This document shows, piece by piece, positions 63,661 through 64,000 of a stretch of DNA of 64,000 nt (its first letter is position 1; each line of letters opens with the position of its first letter). The notes beneath the pieces are model-generated. The model had not been told where the DNA came from, made no database searches, and saw only the letters and a program-made list of their open reading frames with translations. The translations under genes were made by a program, and so were the position numbers. Source of the stretch: Raillietiella orientalis (Eukaryota); assembly GCA_036172245.1 (NCBI GenBank), contig JAYWIR010000012.1, positions 1,426,001-1,490,000 on the forward strand. The letters run 5' to 3'.

Positions 63661-64000
63661 TCCGACGAAGTCCTAAAAGAGAAACTGAATTAAGACAAGG
63701 TCAATTTGTTTGCCTGAAGGTAACAGCACCAAAACCTGCTAGGTGAACTATAGCACTTGGTGAACCCTGCATATCCCGTATGAGGATACAGAATTTGCAG
63801 GATCCAGTCTGCTTCGGGAGCAGTAATAATCCTCCACTACCTGGTCCACGAGTTTCACGACCACTAAATGAAATTCCCATCACCGCTAATCTCCTAGAGA
63901 GATGAGGATCGCAGTGCTAAGGTAACCCTTTGAGTGCTATGGACGCACACATGTGTTCGGCGAAAATGAGCAGCGTACACTATGTACTCATGCATTCGTT

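Noticed and set aside
1..64000. CRISPR array, retron/DGR or other prokaryotic RT system
   Set aside because: No regularly spaced repeats or operon structure; the RT remnants are linked to APE endonuclease and a C-terminal zinc finger, i.e. eukaryotic non-LTR retrotransposons

Overview
Eukaryotic, GC-rich (roughly 55-60% by eye), apparently gene-free window that is almost entirely a graveyard of nested, decayed retroelements. I found no host gene, rRNA, intact tRNA, CRISPR array or prokaryotic operon. Two families dominate. (1) L1/Tx1-like non-LTR retrotransposons: APE endonuclease, RT (KAFD / RQxxxLSPLLF / YVDD) and C-terminal CxxC..H/Y..C zinc-finger fragments on both strands. Their copies end in a conserved AATAAA + short GC hairpin with no poly(A) tail, and a covarying hairpin lies in the 3'UTR. 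(2) A long (~0.7-0.9 kb) tRNA-headed SINE-like family with two B-box-like motifs, internal repeats carrying CTTCGG, a 3' stem-loop and an A tail; at least 9 copies or fragments. One LINE copy is inserted into a SINE copy with a ~7-bp target-site duplication. Three 0.35-1 kb patches are near-identical duplicates embedded in otherwise diverged repeats. An AT-rich island may be a decayed mitochondrial nad2 NUMT. All assignments come from manual motif reading and by-eye alignment; boundaries of decayed fragments are approximate.
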